DNA of 64,000 bases from Takakia lepidozioides (taxonomy: Eukaryota; Plantae; Bryophyta): contig CM060732.1 in assembly GCA_030704615.1 (NCBI GenBank), positions 47,120,001 through 47,184,000 on the forward strand, written 5' to 3'. Positions 11,387 to 25,840 of this stretch are shown in pieces. The number at the start of each line of letters is the position of its first letter. Within the stretch, counting starts at the first letter, position 1. The position numbers were made by a program, and so were the translations under genes. The notes beneath the pieces were generated by a model. That model ran no database searches, was not told the DNA's origin, and saw only the letters and a list, made by a program, of their open reading frames with translations.

Positions 11387-11999
11387 TTAAGCAAATTCTC
11401 TTGACTATCATTATGACGCTGTCTACAATCGGCCCTTCTGACATACCTCCAAGCAGCATTTCAACATCTCGATTCTCAACACAAGAGAGAGAAATCGATC
11501 ATTGCCTCATGAAGACAGGTAGCCATGTTTCTCTTCTCTCTCTGCCAAAAGAAAAAAAACTATTATCTAATCAGTAGCAAATGGGCTTTGACACTGATTT
11601 CATTTTTGGGTAGGGAATTAGCCTGAGAATTGGTACCTAAACCAAACATTGCATCGATTTCTAAGCCCTTCCATTGCTGGAATGGCTGGCTTCAATGTGA
11701 GGATTCCGTCTCATACGCCTCCTCTCACTATTAATTTCCGTCTCCATGCTTGTTTTCAACATGGTACTGATTGTCTAGGAGTTGAAAGTTGTTGTATACG
11801 AACACCCAAGCAAACCCCACTTGATCTGTAGAATCAAATACAAACCAAATGTAACGAGGTCCTAATGGCTTGCACTCATCCACTCATTCATACAGAAAGT
11901 AGAGGTCAGATGGAGCGAGATTACCAATATTTGAGTAACAATGTAGGAGGTCCACAGACATGTACGTATGAGCATGTAATGTAGGAGCGTACCTACCAA

Positions 12000-14700
12000 C
12001 TTCTGGTGCATGTTGCGTTCCCTCTTGTGGATCATTGGTTCTTAGCCGGAGATCTTAATATGGTTGAACATTCAATTGATCGTTTGGGTTCAGTTCACTA
12101 TTCGTCTTCTGAGGAATTATCGGCTTGGGACTCTCTTTGCTTTGCTGTTGGCCTTTTGGTCATTCATGAATTTGATTCCAATGCTATCGGGTTTACCTTG
12201 TCCAACAATAGATCACCCCCCCATCTCAGCATGGCTAGATTGGACAGGCTGTATTGTTATTCTGTTGCTAAGGCTTTGGGTCAAGGCCCTGCCTCAATCC
12301 CCGATTGTGCCTGACTTTGATCATGCGCAGATTTCTTTTTCCTTGACCCCCCCTGGGATCCACGCGAGGGGGGCAAATTGAACCCAACGCTGCTTTCCTC
12401 CCCTGCTTTCATCTTGGATCTGGCCAAGACCTGGACCCTCGCAGGCTCTTCGTGCTATCCCCTACGCTTAAATTTCTGAGCAAACTGGAGGCTATTAGGC
12501 ATGAGGCACAAGCTGCTGCAGAAAGATCTAGAAAAGAGAAAGCATTACTTAAATGCATTACTCATTGTCAATGGCTTATAGAATCGGGATCAATAGGCCC
12601 CCATACTTATGATTCCTTGGTCTCTGCCAAAAGCAATCTGGGCTCATTAATCAGCACCAGGGAGCAGGCAATTACAAAAAAAAGCAGACGCTCAATTGGT
12701 CTCTTAAAGGAGAAAAAATAACAGCCTATTTTTTCAGCGATCTCCTCTCTTAGGAGCTCTGATGGTAACATTTTATGTAAACCAAAGGACATGGTTGGGG
12801 TCGCAGCGATGCACTTTAAATCATTGTTTGGCCCTTCCCTGACTGACAATTCTTTGGAGCGTGATGCAGTTCTAAAGTCCATCCCCAGCATCCTATCAAT
12901 GATCAGGCCATTCTTGGAGATCCCTTCACCGCATCTGAGTTCTTGGATGCGATTGAATCTCTAAGTGCCTTCCCATCAAAATTATTGCCAAGGCTTTGGC
13001 ATTGAGGCTGCAACTCCTTGGTAAGCTTATCCGCCCGGAACAGACATGATTCCAGATAGGATGATTCTAGATAATGTTTTGCTTGCACATAAAGCCTTGT
13101 TCATGCCCAAGCCTCCAACCAGCCCTTAGCCCTCCTTATGTTGAACTTCGAAAAGGCGTTCGACAACGTTAATCGGTCATTCTTGCTCGGAGCCCTGCAG
13201 AAGGTTGGAATCAACGACACCTTCCTTCAATGGGTGAAATTTCTCCTCACCTCGGCCTCCAGCAAGGTCACTGTCAACGACACGCTGTCGTCCTCCTTCC
13301 ATCTCCATAGATCGGTAAGACAGGGATGTCCCTTCTCTCCTTTTCTTTTCCTCATTGCTGATGACTCCTTAGGGCACCTTCTTCATTCCAATCCTGACAT
13401 CGTGGGGCTTAAAGTCCCCAAAGTCGTGCCAGATACCTTTAGTATTAAAGCCTCCTTATATTTGCTCATAGACAATAGCCCTCGCAACAAGGTTACGCTC
13501 ATGCTTGAGGCTCTCCAGCTTTTCTCTAAGGCCTCAGGTCTGCGGGTCAATTGGGCTAAGTCTGTGGCAATCCTATCCAAGCTGAATGCTGATGCTACTC
13601 TATCCCATATTGCCTCGACCTGGGCCTTCGTTGGCTGGCGGATGGCGAAGCACACACACCATCGGGCCACTTGATAGGTCACGGGCTTGCAGATATTGCT
13701 CAACGTTGTGCTGCAGTTATAACCAAGCTTAAGAGGAAATTAATCCAGTGCATCTATCCATTGTTGGCAGGGCGTTGGCAGTGAACCAGGTGCTTCTGGC
13801 CTCGAGTTGGTTTACAGCAGCTGTCTGGTCTCCTGGTTCTGAGATCATCAACCAGATTAGAGCTCTGGCCCGAAATTTCATCTAGGGTGCGACTCTATCC
13901 TCTCCCTCGCGAAGAGCTCTTGTTAGTTGGGCTCAAATTACCCAAAAAAAGAAATTTGGTGGATTACGCATTATCGATCCTATGAAGCAGATCGTCTCTC
14001 TGCTAGCGAAGTGGGTGCCCCGCGCTCTCACCCACCTGGCCTCCCCTTGGAGTATGCTGGTTAGACAACACATACTGGAGGCTTCCCCTGCTCCTGGCTC
14101 CTGGCCTGCATCGCTTTGCTGGGTGATTCAAGGCCCCCCACATAGAGCATACGACCTTGGATCCTTGGCTTGGAGGTCAATCTGGAATGCATGGCTGAAA
14201 AATCGACCCTTCCTATCGCAGCGTACTCCAGCAACTATCGACGAGGCCCTTAGACCACCTTTATTCCTTAATTATAATGCGGATTCAGACCTCCTCCTCA
14301 GATGTTCCGACAGATGGGCGGCTTGGGAGACTGCAGGGATTTCCCACTTTTCTCACCTCTGGGAAGGGGGAACCTTTTTGCCTCCACAGGATTCTTGCTC
14401 TTCGCTTTCTTCCAGAAGAGCTAGAGCCTGGACTCTGGTCACCGATAATATTCCGGCCTCCTAGATTTCGATTTGCTCTCTGCGTGTCAATCGCACTATG
14501 ATCCCGTTGTGGATGGGCGGATATAGCTTGTCACGCCCTATTGCGATGTTTGCTTCATTTAGGATGGGAACCAGGCTTTCTGGCTTGGAATTCAAAGCTG
14601 ACTCTCTTGGGAATCTCTATGCTCCCACTTGGGCATCCAGAGAGGAGAACTCTTTGACTGCAATCAGAGTTTTCAGCTATGACATAGGCTTAACCCAACT
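12000..14700 (+). mobile_element. Decayed, 5'-truncated LINE (L1/Tx1-type) ORF2: endonuclease end plus reverse transcriptase
   Basis: WFLAGDLNMVE and ARLDRLY (APE endonuclease); LNFEKAFDNV, RSVRQGCPFSPFLF, SGLRVNWAKS and GGLRIIDP (RT and downstream region). Many stops and frameshifts. Confidence 0.9.
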
Positions 14701-14949
14701 TAACTCTCTGCTGGATAATTTACTGCTACTTCCATCATTTGTTCATTGTTTTGGTCCCATAAGCTCCCTGGGCTTTCTGCAGATGGAGTTCCTTTCTCTT
14801 TAGTCTTTATTCCAATGTACTGTAAAAACTTTGGCTTGGCATACCCCTGTGCCCATTGAAAAGAAATCCCTGATATGGTTGAAAGCAGAAAAGAGAGGGA
14901 AAAGAGAGAAAGGGTTACCACTCAAGGCTTGACGGGTTGCGCTTTCTGG

Positions 14950-15003
14950 ATGTGTATATGTGTGTGTGTGTGAGATAGAGAGAGATTGAGGCAGAGATAG
15001 AGA
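14950..15003. repeat. Compound (TG)n/(AG)n microsatellite
   Basis: Read directly from the sequence. Confidence 0.8.
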
Positions 15004-15444
15004 GCCAGTGTACCCAAATATTGTGATTCATAAAGATCATGAGTCGAGTACCAAGCCTTCCCACCAAGTGTGGAAATACTTACATTTAGGTCAATTGCTA
15101 CATAATATTAGCACAGTAAATATCATCACATACAGCTAGAAAGCCACTTTCTTACTTGGCCATGTGCTGTAACAGCAACAGGTGTACAGCAAGAGACTAG
15201 AAAGACAAATCTGAGCCAATCATAGGCAACAGCCTCCAGAGCTCATCCTTTCATCTTTGCACCAAATCTCCCACATATTACTTGCAGAACCATGAGACGC
15301 AGTGAGCCTCAATTAGCGAAATTCCATCTCTCTTGTTTGAACAAGTTCCCCACACTGTAATTTGAAGTCGAAAGAGGCCATACACCAACATCAAGTTGAT
15401 TTTAAGCACCATCCCACCTCTCCACCTTTAGCATGGTGCCATAT

Positions 15445-18400
15445 TCAACTAGAGCTAGCCTGTAGGTGCACGAGAGAGTAGTAAGCCCCACCTTCTCCCT
15501 TCGCCAGGAGTTTATCATGAGTGCCCTGCTCCAGGATAGCACCGTCTTGAATCACGGCTATAGTATCTGCATTCTGTATAGTTGACAGCCTGCACAGATT
15601 TGTTACCACTTTAGATCCATTTTTTGGTTAACAAGTATGCTGTCATTAGGCTTTTGAACAAACTTAACTGTCCATGTCAGAATCAGGACCTTTATAGGAA
15701 AGGATGTGTCAAACTAGGAAAGATAGACAAGAGATGAACAAAATACAAGTTGATCGATCTAAAAATACATCAAATCACTAGATTGCAAACAGTTTGAGTA
15801 CAGACCTGTGGGCAATCACAATGGTGGTCCGTCCCACCATCATGCGGTCCAGAGCATCTTGAACTACACGCTCTGATTCAGCATCCAAAGCACTGGTAGC
15901 CTCATCCAAGAGTAATATAGCGGGGTTCTTCAATACTGCCCTCGCAATGGCAATCCTCTGTTTCTGACCCCCTGAGAGCTGGAGTCCCCGCTCCCCAGCA
16001 GACGTCCCATACCCCTTTGGCAGGGCACTGATGAAGTTGTGAGCATTGGCTGCACGTGCTGCCTCAATAATCTCAGCTTCTGTTGCATCTTGTTTTCCAT
16101 ATGTAATGTTGTCACGGATTGTACCTGCAAACAGTGTAGGTTCCTGGCTAACAAGCCCTATATACTGACGCAGTGATTGCAAGTTTAAATTCCGGATGTC
16201 CCTCCCATCAATGAGGACTTTGCCATCTAGTGGGTCGTAAAACCGCTCAATGAGACCAATTATAGTTGACTTTCCTGACCCACTCTGACCCACCATAGCT
16301 GCTGTACAGCCTGCTTGCACCTTGAAGCTGAAATTCTTGAAGATCACAGAAGCTGGCCGGGAAGGATAAGCAAACTGAACCTGTTGAAGCTCCACGTGTC
16401 CGTCCACTTTTCCCACTTTCTCAGCCTTCTTGTTATCAGCGTTAATTTTCGTGTCTCGGTCCAGGATGTCAAAGACTGATGCGATAGCAGTAGTCCCTTT
16501 GGCAAGGTCAGGTGTCATAGTCCCAGCCTCTGCCAGGGCCCGACCAGTGCTAATAAGCACAAAGAAGACTTTGAAAACACTAAGAAAGCTGACTTCCCCC
16601 TTGCTGGCGAGTTGGGTTCCATACCAAAAATCCAAGCCCCAAGATGCAAATAGAACGAATGTGGCTGCACCAATGCCTGCGCCTGCCACTTGGGCCCGTT
16701 TGAAAACTTCCTTTGTTGGACCCTCAAGCTTTGCCTCAAATAGGGCCAGAATCTGCCAAAGTTTCACAGAGCCAGCGCATCAATGGTACCTCAAAGAAAA
16801 GTTTGTGCTCAAAGCTTTTATGTTCAACGGCTCAACATCCCGTTTTATCCACTTTATGGATAAACTTACATTTGGTAAAGTGTTGGTAATGTGTTTCAAT
16901 CCATAAGCTCACATTCACAATTTCCATCAAGACAGTACATGCAGGTGCCTTGTTTGCTATAGCCTTGCGGCCAGAGACCCCGCACTCAGTTTGGCCCGGA
17001 AAAGAGGGAACAGACGCTACCATTGTGGTGGTCTCACTCCAGTAGAGGGACTTACCTTGATTTAAACAATGCTTTCCAATTTTCCTCTACAAAGCCCTTC
17101 ACAAAAGCATCAATCTGCTGTGTGCGAGCTGCCCAGCAGTTAGACCCCAACAGGGGGCTTTAGGCTCAGCCTCGAGATTGAAAGTTGGTGAACAGAGGTG
17201 CAGCGACTATGTTCTTTATGGTCCTTAAGAGGAAGAGAGACAAAGGGAGAGAGAGAAAAAGAAGAAAGGAACCTCCACTACAGGGAGATCAAAGTGCTAC
17301 AGAAGAAACAAGAAAGAACCAAAGTCAGTAGAAACTCGGGCCAAATTGTTTGTTGAAGCACCCAACATTTCCACTCTTTATCAATAGATGCCTCAGCCAT
17401 GGGATGATCACCTTTCAAAAGACAGTAGTAGCTCACCCTGCTATCACCCCACTTCAGCATATTACAAGATGGGGAACCCCTGTCCATGTTTGTGTCTCTG
17501 TGTCTCCTTCTGACAATCTGCGGCCTGTCCATGTTCTACAAGCTCTCTGGCCCTTCTGTGGATGTTCAAAGTTCTTTTCTCTTCTTCTTTTCAATGTACT
17601 CTGTGAGCTTTTTCCTTGCCATACCTTGTGCCCATTCACTACACCACCGGTTTGGTTGAAGAGGAAAAGACCGGTCGACGAAAAGGAGTAATAGGGTGCA
17701 GAACAACCACTGAAGGCTCACTCCAGTTGTGTTGTGTGTGAGAGAATCTACTCAAGAGATGTTGTTTGCCATAGCCTTGTGGTCATATAGACCCCAAGCC
17801 GAGTTTGGGCAGAACATGTGAGGGGAGAGAGAGAGTCTTAAGCTGACATAGAGTGAGGGAACCTGTTCAGAGCGTTTTACCTTGTCTTGGGCAGAGAACG
17901 CAGTGACACTGCGGTGCTGTGACACCGCCTCACTCGCCACCTGAGCAGCTTCCTGCTGTGCTTCCGCTGTCTGCTTGGCAAATCTTGAAAGCAATTTTTT
18001 TTTCATGTAGTATGAGCAGATTATGAAGGGCTGGACGGCAATGAACACAAGCGCCAATTTCCATGCAGTAACGAGGGCTATGATAAAGCTCACAGCCAAT
18101 GCACTGGCCGTCTGTACTAGGATCGAAATTCGGTCACCAACCAGGGCGCGGACCTATCATGCCCCAGCAAGCCAGAAATCTGATTAGCTTCATCCATGCC
18201 TTGGCTCCAAGGAAGGCTGTCTGGAGTTGGGCATTCCGTGAATTACAACACAGTCCAAAACATACATGAACACAATGAATTTTATTCTAGTCACTCATCA
18301 AAAGTGTAGGCTCAATAGCATGGTTGAACATGTGACTGCAAGGGCTCCTCGGGAAGTCACTTGGAACACCCCATAATCTATGCCAAAGACACAGTCTGGA

Positions 18401-21400
18401 CACTATTTTGCAAGCGCCTCACAGCTGCACTCACATCCAAGCACACAAGTTTTCAGTGAGGCGTATATGTACAGACTTCTACAGACAATACCATGGAGTG
18501 AGAAGACTATACCATGTTGGCATCCGAAGAGATCCGTGAGCACACAGCCCCACTGGCATTCTCATCACGATCATACCATGCAACCTCAAACCGAAGGATG
18601 TTTGCAAGCATTCTGACACGAATGCGCTTGGTCAAGTACTCGCCCATTGCAGCAAAATTATAATGTTGCACTAGGTTCACCAAAAATGATGCTGCTGTCA
18701 GGCCCACAAACACTGTGCAGAATATCTTGATGTCATGCCGTAGCTTGTGATGATCTGTATTATAGAAAGTGTTCACCATTTCGGCAAGAATGTAGGCGTA
18801 GAAGGGTTGCACAAACCCAAAGCCCATGGCACCCGCAAGACCCAAAACTCCCATCTTCCATTCTGGCTTATTTAGAGCAAGTAGGCGGCGGAATGAGGGG
18901 ACTTGCTGCCTCTCACCTTGTATTTGCTCTGGCATTTCAAGATCGGGACTAGGATTAACCTGCTTTGGTGTTCCAGAAATAGAGAAATCATCGGAGGACA
19001 GGCGGAAAGAAAGCCTGCTGTGACGTGAGGATGAGCGACGGGTCACAATTTGATCATCAGGTTCGGCTACATCCAACTCGTGCTCATCAACTCCAAGGGT
19101 TGAAACCATAACTTCAGCTTCCTGGCGCGCCTGCTGCAAACGCACCAGTGCTGCAAATGCTCCTTTTTCACCTTTGGCAAGAAGCTCCTCATGGTCCCCA
19201 ATTTCCACAACCTGTATGTCAATTGAGGAAAACCAGATTGTCAAGAACTGTGCACAAAGAAGCTCCAAACAAGACTCGGACAGCTCGCCTACGATAGACA
19301 GCCAAGAATAGGACTACCTAAGGTTAATCACACATACACGTAGTCTAGACTTTATTTCGACGCACCTTGCCAGACTGTAGAACTGCAATAATATCAGCGT
19401 TGCGGATGGTTGAAAGTCTGTGGGCTACCACCACAGTGGTGCGCCCCACTGCAGCTCTCTCAAGAGCTTGTTGAACGACTTTCTCGGACTCAGAATCCAG
19501 GGCACTGGTAGCCTCATCTAGCAGCAGCACAGGCGGGTTCTTCAGCAGTGCTCGGGCAATGGCAATGCGCTGTTTCTGCCCTCCTGACATCTGCACTCCC
19601 CTTTCTCCCACCTGTTGTGACCCCCCCATGCACACAAAATGAAAGTGAAATCATGTCATTCATACGTCCAGGCCCCACTCGTAATTCGATAGCAATCTTC
19701 AAGAGGATGGTTAGGAGGATGATCAGGAAAGATCATTTAACACTACGGAACCATTTTATTCTATCAAGTAAAACATGTCATACAGCTGTACCTGAGTATC
19801 AAAGCCCAAAGGTAATTGGGTGATGAAGTTGTATGCGTTGGCTGATTTGGCGGCTTCAATCACCTCCTCTGTGGTGGCACCATCTTTTCCATAGAGAATG
19901 TTTTCCTTTATGGAGGTAGCAAATAGGGCGGGCTCTTGACTTACCAACCCAATCTGTAGGCGGAGCCACTTAAGCTGCAAATCCTTAATGTTGACACCAT
20001 CAATGAGCACTTCCCCAGCCAATGGATCATAAAATCGCTCAAGCAAAGCTATAACTGTTGATTTCCCAGATCCACTGCTCCCAACTAGGGCCACTGTCTT
20101 TCCTGGATTCCCATCACAACAAGGTGAAGCGCTGAGTGAACCCTGTTATACAGTGAATAGATATATGCAGAGCGGGATAGCAAATCACAGCTTATATCAA
20201 TCCATGCCTGACTAGCTTAATTCTTCAAGTGCAGCGCCAATACTCCTGACTAAAAAGGTTCTGGTATGGCAGTGAACTCCCCAGATTGTGCTGATGCAGT
20301 CAAGGTCCCTGCTGTCTTAGTCTTGACTATCAACTGAACATGTCAACAGGTTACACTCCTGACAATCAAACTCAATTTCAGATGGTCAATACTAGGAAAG
20401 AAAGAAAAAAGGAAGAAACCTTAAAAACTAACGAAACTAACCAATATTGGCCGCTGCCTTGTTCTTAAAATTAGGCTCGTGCAAGGGTACTCCTACTTTA
20501 TACTGTGTTCACAGGTGTAGAGGTCTACATAAACAGTTTAGAAGATGTATGAAAATACTTCCATAGAGTCGCTTTACTTCACAGATGATTATCTACTCAA
20601 CAACCTGGAGTTTTTAACGTCTAAATTGATCTTCCAGATCTGGATCACAAATGCCAAACAATCCATTCTCAATTCCTAAGCGTACCTGCAGGTATTTGAA
20701 GACTGAAATTCTCGAAGATGGGTACGTCCATCCTTGAGGGATATGAAAAACTGACATTGCGTAATTCCAAGTTTCCTTCTACCTTCTCCAGTTTCTGGCC
20801 AGTAACATCATCGGCATCAATTGGCGGCACTCGATCTATGAGAGCAAATATGCGTGATGCAGCTTCACATCCTTCCGAGAAAGCCTTGAAACTTGGAGTT
20901 GCATTTCCTAAAGCTCTGTTACACAAGGTAGCACGTGTAAAGTCGCTAAACACCAAGTAGAAATCCCACAGTTTATAGCTCCTCCATATAGGGACAGACA
21001 TCTCTTAGAAATCTCTTACAATCCCATGCTGGTTGGGACAATGCTCTAATATCTACTACATCGAAAATCCTCTTTTGTAGCCAATCGCATTCACTGTGCT
21101 AGAATTATGCTTCGATACAGCTGCATAGCTCCTGGAGCTAATCATGAACAGAGGAAGTAAGACACATCAATTTTCGTGGTAGTATTGTGGCAACTGCAAA
21201 CAAGAAACGTCTGAGAATATTTCTAATGCAACCTCAAGGAACGGAAAGCTTACATGCCACCAGTGAGAACAGCAAAACCAGTTGTCAGCACCTGCCCACC
21301 ATTTGCATTACCGTGGATGACCTGTTCACTTCCATACCATGCCATGAATGACCACACCGCAAAGGTGACACCAGTAGACCCAGTGGCTAATCCCTTTGCC

Positions 21401-23504
21401 AATCCCTGCTTCAGCCCCAGTTTGACCGTGGCGTCTAGGGACTCAGAATATGCTTTGACAGTGGTATCCTCCCCCACAAAGGAATAAACCGTGCGTACTG
21501 ATGAGATTGATTGTTCAGCTATGCCTCCAGCCTTACTGTAGGCAACTTGCATGCGCAAGGCCAGACCTGACACAGCTCTGCTGTACATGCCTCCTGGAAG
21601 TAGCAGTAAGGGCACAAAAGGCAGACCAGCAAGGGCCAGTCGCCATGCTTGGAAAAATCCCACTCCAAAACCACCGATAAAGTGCGTGATGTTCTGTAGA
21701 AAATTTCCTACCTGCAGGTGCATATGCCACCCAAATTAATCAGATCCAGGACATCAGACAAGCTTTGTAAAACTCTTTGTTTCGCCTCCAATCGCATGTG
21801 AGCGAGCTCATAATGTTAGACCAAGATTATATGTACATCCTGCCAGCTTACAAACGGATTGATGGCAGAACGCAAGCTCATGTAGGGTTGGATAATGTGG
21901 CTGACAAATCTTTGATTCTTATTGACCTTCGTGTGGATATGGGCCTTGACAGCAGACATCAATCCTAGATGAAGTGGTGGTGAATATGACAGTCGTTGCT
22001 TCCTTCAAAAATGTACAAAAATGTAAACCTTCTGAGGCAGACTACAAACTCACCTTTTCACTCATTGCGTCCTGGAGAAGCAATGTGTCGACCGAGACAT
22101 TGTTGATGACCTCAGCAGTGCTGGTTGCATCACTGTCAAAGTAAGCAACATTTTGGCGCAAAATGGCCCGCACATACTTCGCACGGATCCGGGCTGACTG
22201 CCGCTCCCCAGTGCACATCCAACAACTTATCTCTGCTCAAGTTCAGCGGGAAATTGAGATTTTAGGCACTGCGCTCTCCCACTTTTTCACCGACAATGGA
22301 ATCAACAGAGCAAAACTGCAAGAAAATCAAGAATCCACGAAGAAGAGAGGATCGGACAGAACATACCCAGGTAACACGTCACAGCCCCCACGATTGCGAC
22401 GTACACAAAATATAGTGAGTACTGTTCCCATAGCCCGCAACACCAGTTGGTTCAGATTAAAACTCAAATTCGTCCGAATCCATCAGTACCACACCTATAA
22501 TGCTGGGATTTTCTTGGTTTGTTCTACCTGTCCCAAGGGCGCTTGTGGCCCTCTGTGGACCATATAAAATTTCTTTCTTTCAATCTCTCCCTTGCACCAC
22601 CACATCGGAGGAAATTAGCCTGAAGGTGGACAAAGTGCCTTTGTACACTACAAGAACTTCAAATTTGGAAAGATTCGTGAACATTAACTGCCATGGCTCT
22701 TGTAATTTAGATTGTGACAATGTATCTGGGCTACGTGAATCGCTCATCTTGAAGCACTATAGCAGGCACGTTTATGATACCAGAAAATCCCAAAGTCTAT
22801 GCAAGCCTTGAAAACAAGATTGCAGCACTGTGTAAAACTCCTTTTAGATATCTCTCTCTCACACGCACCAAAATATGTGGGAAAAGTCAATGGGGTGCTT
22901 CAATTTACATCATGTTTCTATGAACGAGTGAATCTGTTGTGTGTCAGGATCCTGATTTTCATTTGCGCGCTTCTGCGAACTGGGAAAATTGTTCTTAAGC
23001 ATCCAATCAATTGGACCGCCTTACACGACGCGCATGCTCAAACCAACGCACAATACTTCTTTATAAACGTGCACTTTCAATCTCAACTGTCCACACAGCC
23101 CTGCAGTTTCACTTTCACCCACAAAGAGACTGCAATGATGGCAAATGAAGTACCTGCGAAAGATTGGTTTTCATTATGAGGCTCGTGTTGTCATGAAGAT
23201 TCCCAAAAGTGTTGATAAGATGACTCTGAATCAGCAGCGTGGCTGGTAATGTAAGCCCATTCACCACTGCGGAAACTGATCCCACCACCATCAGCAATAT
23301 GTCGTACGTATCTGCATACTGAAATAGCTTCCAATATGGCACCACTCGTACCTCGTTCTTGGATTCGCTCTTGGACTTGTCTAACTTCGCATCACCATTT
23401 TCAAGCTTGGTTTTCTCTAGTGTGCTATCTGCGACCTCCAGCCCGGCTTCGCCCTGCCTCATTTTCAGCGAGTCTTCGGGTGTTTGCCTCAAACTTTGTG
23501 TCAT
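15445..23504 (-). CDS. ABCB: Full-size ABC transporter subfamily B (MDR/P-glycoprotein), 11 exons
   Basis: Exons read with GT-AG ends: 23504-23154, 22421-22367, 22232-22054, 21711-21254, 20915-20686, 20102-19792, 19611-19366, 19211-18513, 18153-17881, 16752-15806, 15589-15445 (TGA). TMD-NBD-TMD-NBD layout. Walker [10 protein letters not shown] and GQSGSGKST; signatures [14 protein letters not shown] and [14 protein letters not shown]; Walker [12 protein letters not shown]; linker [15 protein letters not shown]. Confidence 0.96.
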
Positions 23505-25639
23505 GCCAACTCCGGAGCGAGCAAAGTTGCCAACTCGACCGAAAGAAAATTAGTTAGCTAGTCCACTCAAGAGCAGAGATCCTTCCTTCTCTTGGCTTCC
23601 TGTCTCAAGTGGTAGCGATGGCAAGACTGGGCCGCATACACATATATATACACAGACACCACTGCACGCAGGAGATACATAGACCTGATCATGCACTATA
23701 ACAGCCAATGATCCTGGGAGGTTAAACCTGCAAAATACTATTGTAGTAGCCCGCCCAGAGGGCCCACAAACCGCTTCTGCTGGGACCCAATCTCAAACTG
23801 TTCTCTCCTCTTGCGGCGGCCGAACTTCTCCGCCTGTAACGGTGTTGCACTGGAGAAAACTACCAGGTCTAAACCAGATTTTTGCCTAGATTACCTCATC
23901 AGACGAGACCTTGTTCACGTCATTCGTCCAGCAACCCGCAAGCGTCACCCCAAAGTGTATATCAGAATCAAGCGTCGATCGTCTCTCATGAAGTACAATA
24001 CTAGTTGCATGGCCAACATACGGTAGATATCTGGTCTTTATCGTGGACCCTGTGATGCGGGCCCTCAAATTCCTCCTAAATGACCGATCGACAACAACAG
24101 TACGCAGTTGACTGCCTGATGGTCAGAGGCTCCGTTCATCACGTCTATCGGCAGTTTACATAGCTGGGGTCTTCCTTAATTCCCTTGCTAATCTTGCGAA
24201 GATAGTTAACGACAAGCTTGACAGCAGTGAGTGACATCCCGAGCCCTCACTAAACACGCAATCGGGTCTTAAGCACGCAATTGGAATCAAATCACAGATT
24301 GCGCTTGTTCGTAGGCACATGGGTGCAGGGTGACCACGAAGAAACACAAGATGCCTGAATCGTTAGCACAAGCTACTGCATCCAACGTAGACGCTACACA
24401 TTGCTCATCAGCGTAAAGTGAAGCTGATGTGATGCGAAGCAGGCCAGCTAGCTACAAGTTTGACGTTTTGCGCAGCTGGAATGGAACAGCAGCCCTCACA
24501 AGAGTGCGATGGCATGCCTGTCCTGCTCCTCATGCTTGTGGACCCACAGAGCAGGCTGTGACGAGAGCATTGATAGCAAGCGGAGAGGCCGTGATGAGCT
24601 CCGGAAACAGAAGCAGAAGTTTCTTGGCATGTCAGCGGACAGCTTCGCTCTACTTCACTGATCTTTTTCTTGCGCTGGATTCCAGGGCACGTGAAAAACA
24701 CGAGTCAACTGTGAAGAGTAAAAAACAACTACGGACCTACCCAACTTACTACCTACCCTGATAAAACGTTTTGTTGGACACGTTTCTTCCGCTTGTCATG
24801 GGACCAGCTTTTCGCTGGACTAATGTTTTTAGATGATCGTCATCCGTTTGGTTTTGGATGGATTATATTTGCTGATGTAAGATAAGGTTATCCTGATGAC
24901 GTGCATTATAGTTTTTGTTTTTCTGTAGCGTGCTGGCCATGGATTCTCCTCTGTGTCTGGAAGGAGCAAATTCCCTTGTTCTTTTTCTTTTTTTTAAAAA
25001 ATTAAGAAAGAGAGAAGTAAAAAGTAAAAGTTCAGTTTTTTAACATCCAGTGAATTTACAGAGCCTTCTGTTGTCCATAGAGGGGCCATTGAATGGTCGG
25101 TTGAAGGCACATGTTGAAGGATTGCACCCAGGATCACCTTGGTTATGCACAGGCAAGGCACAAATATCCAACCAGTGGGCTACCTGCTCAAGTGCAAGTG
25201 AAGGGGATTGGATCTTATAGGGAAAAAATATTGAGGGTTAGAGTTATTAATCTTAAAGGTATTCTCACACTTGCAAGGGTATTGCGTGAGTGCAGCTGTA
25301 ACTGAGAAGTGATCATCAATTATACCTTTTTCATGAAGTAGTATGAATATATTTGCACAGATTTGGAAAAGAATGATACATGGATCATGTTACTGTAACC
25401 ACCTAAGGATTATCAGAGGAGGATTGGGAAGCTCTCGCATATCATCGATGGGCGAGTTGAGAGGTATGTTGCTGCCGGAGGTTTGAATTCACCATACATA
25501 ATGAGTAGTATTGAGAAATATGCCTTTTTACATATTGCATTGTCTCTAGGTCGCTTGCATAACCAGAGCATGGAGTAGTAGGTATGGCTTGTTTGCAAAC
25601 GGATGAATTTTTCCCATTCCTTCCTTAGTAGGGAACAGG

Positions 25640-25840
25640 ATTTCTAGTGACTATTACAGCAGTAAGACGCCGGCCGGCGAATCTGACGTGAGGCCGGTAG
25701 GCCGAGGGTCAGGTGAGTGGGCATGGAACCTGCTGTAATAGTACTAGAAAGATTAGGGCTAAGTTCTAGTGACCTATTTCACTGTCATATTCCAGATTCG
25801 GAATAGGTCACTAGAATCATAAAGGTCACTAGAATTATAA
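25640..25840. repeat. Short foldback/MITE-like segment with TTCTAGTGAC motifs in inverted pairs
   Basis: tttctagtgactattacagcag (~25640) pairs with ctgctgtaatagtactagaaa (~25730); ttctagtgacctatt (~25764) pairs with aataggtcactagaa (~25802). Confidence 0.55.
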
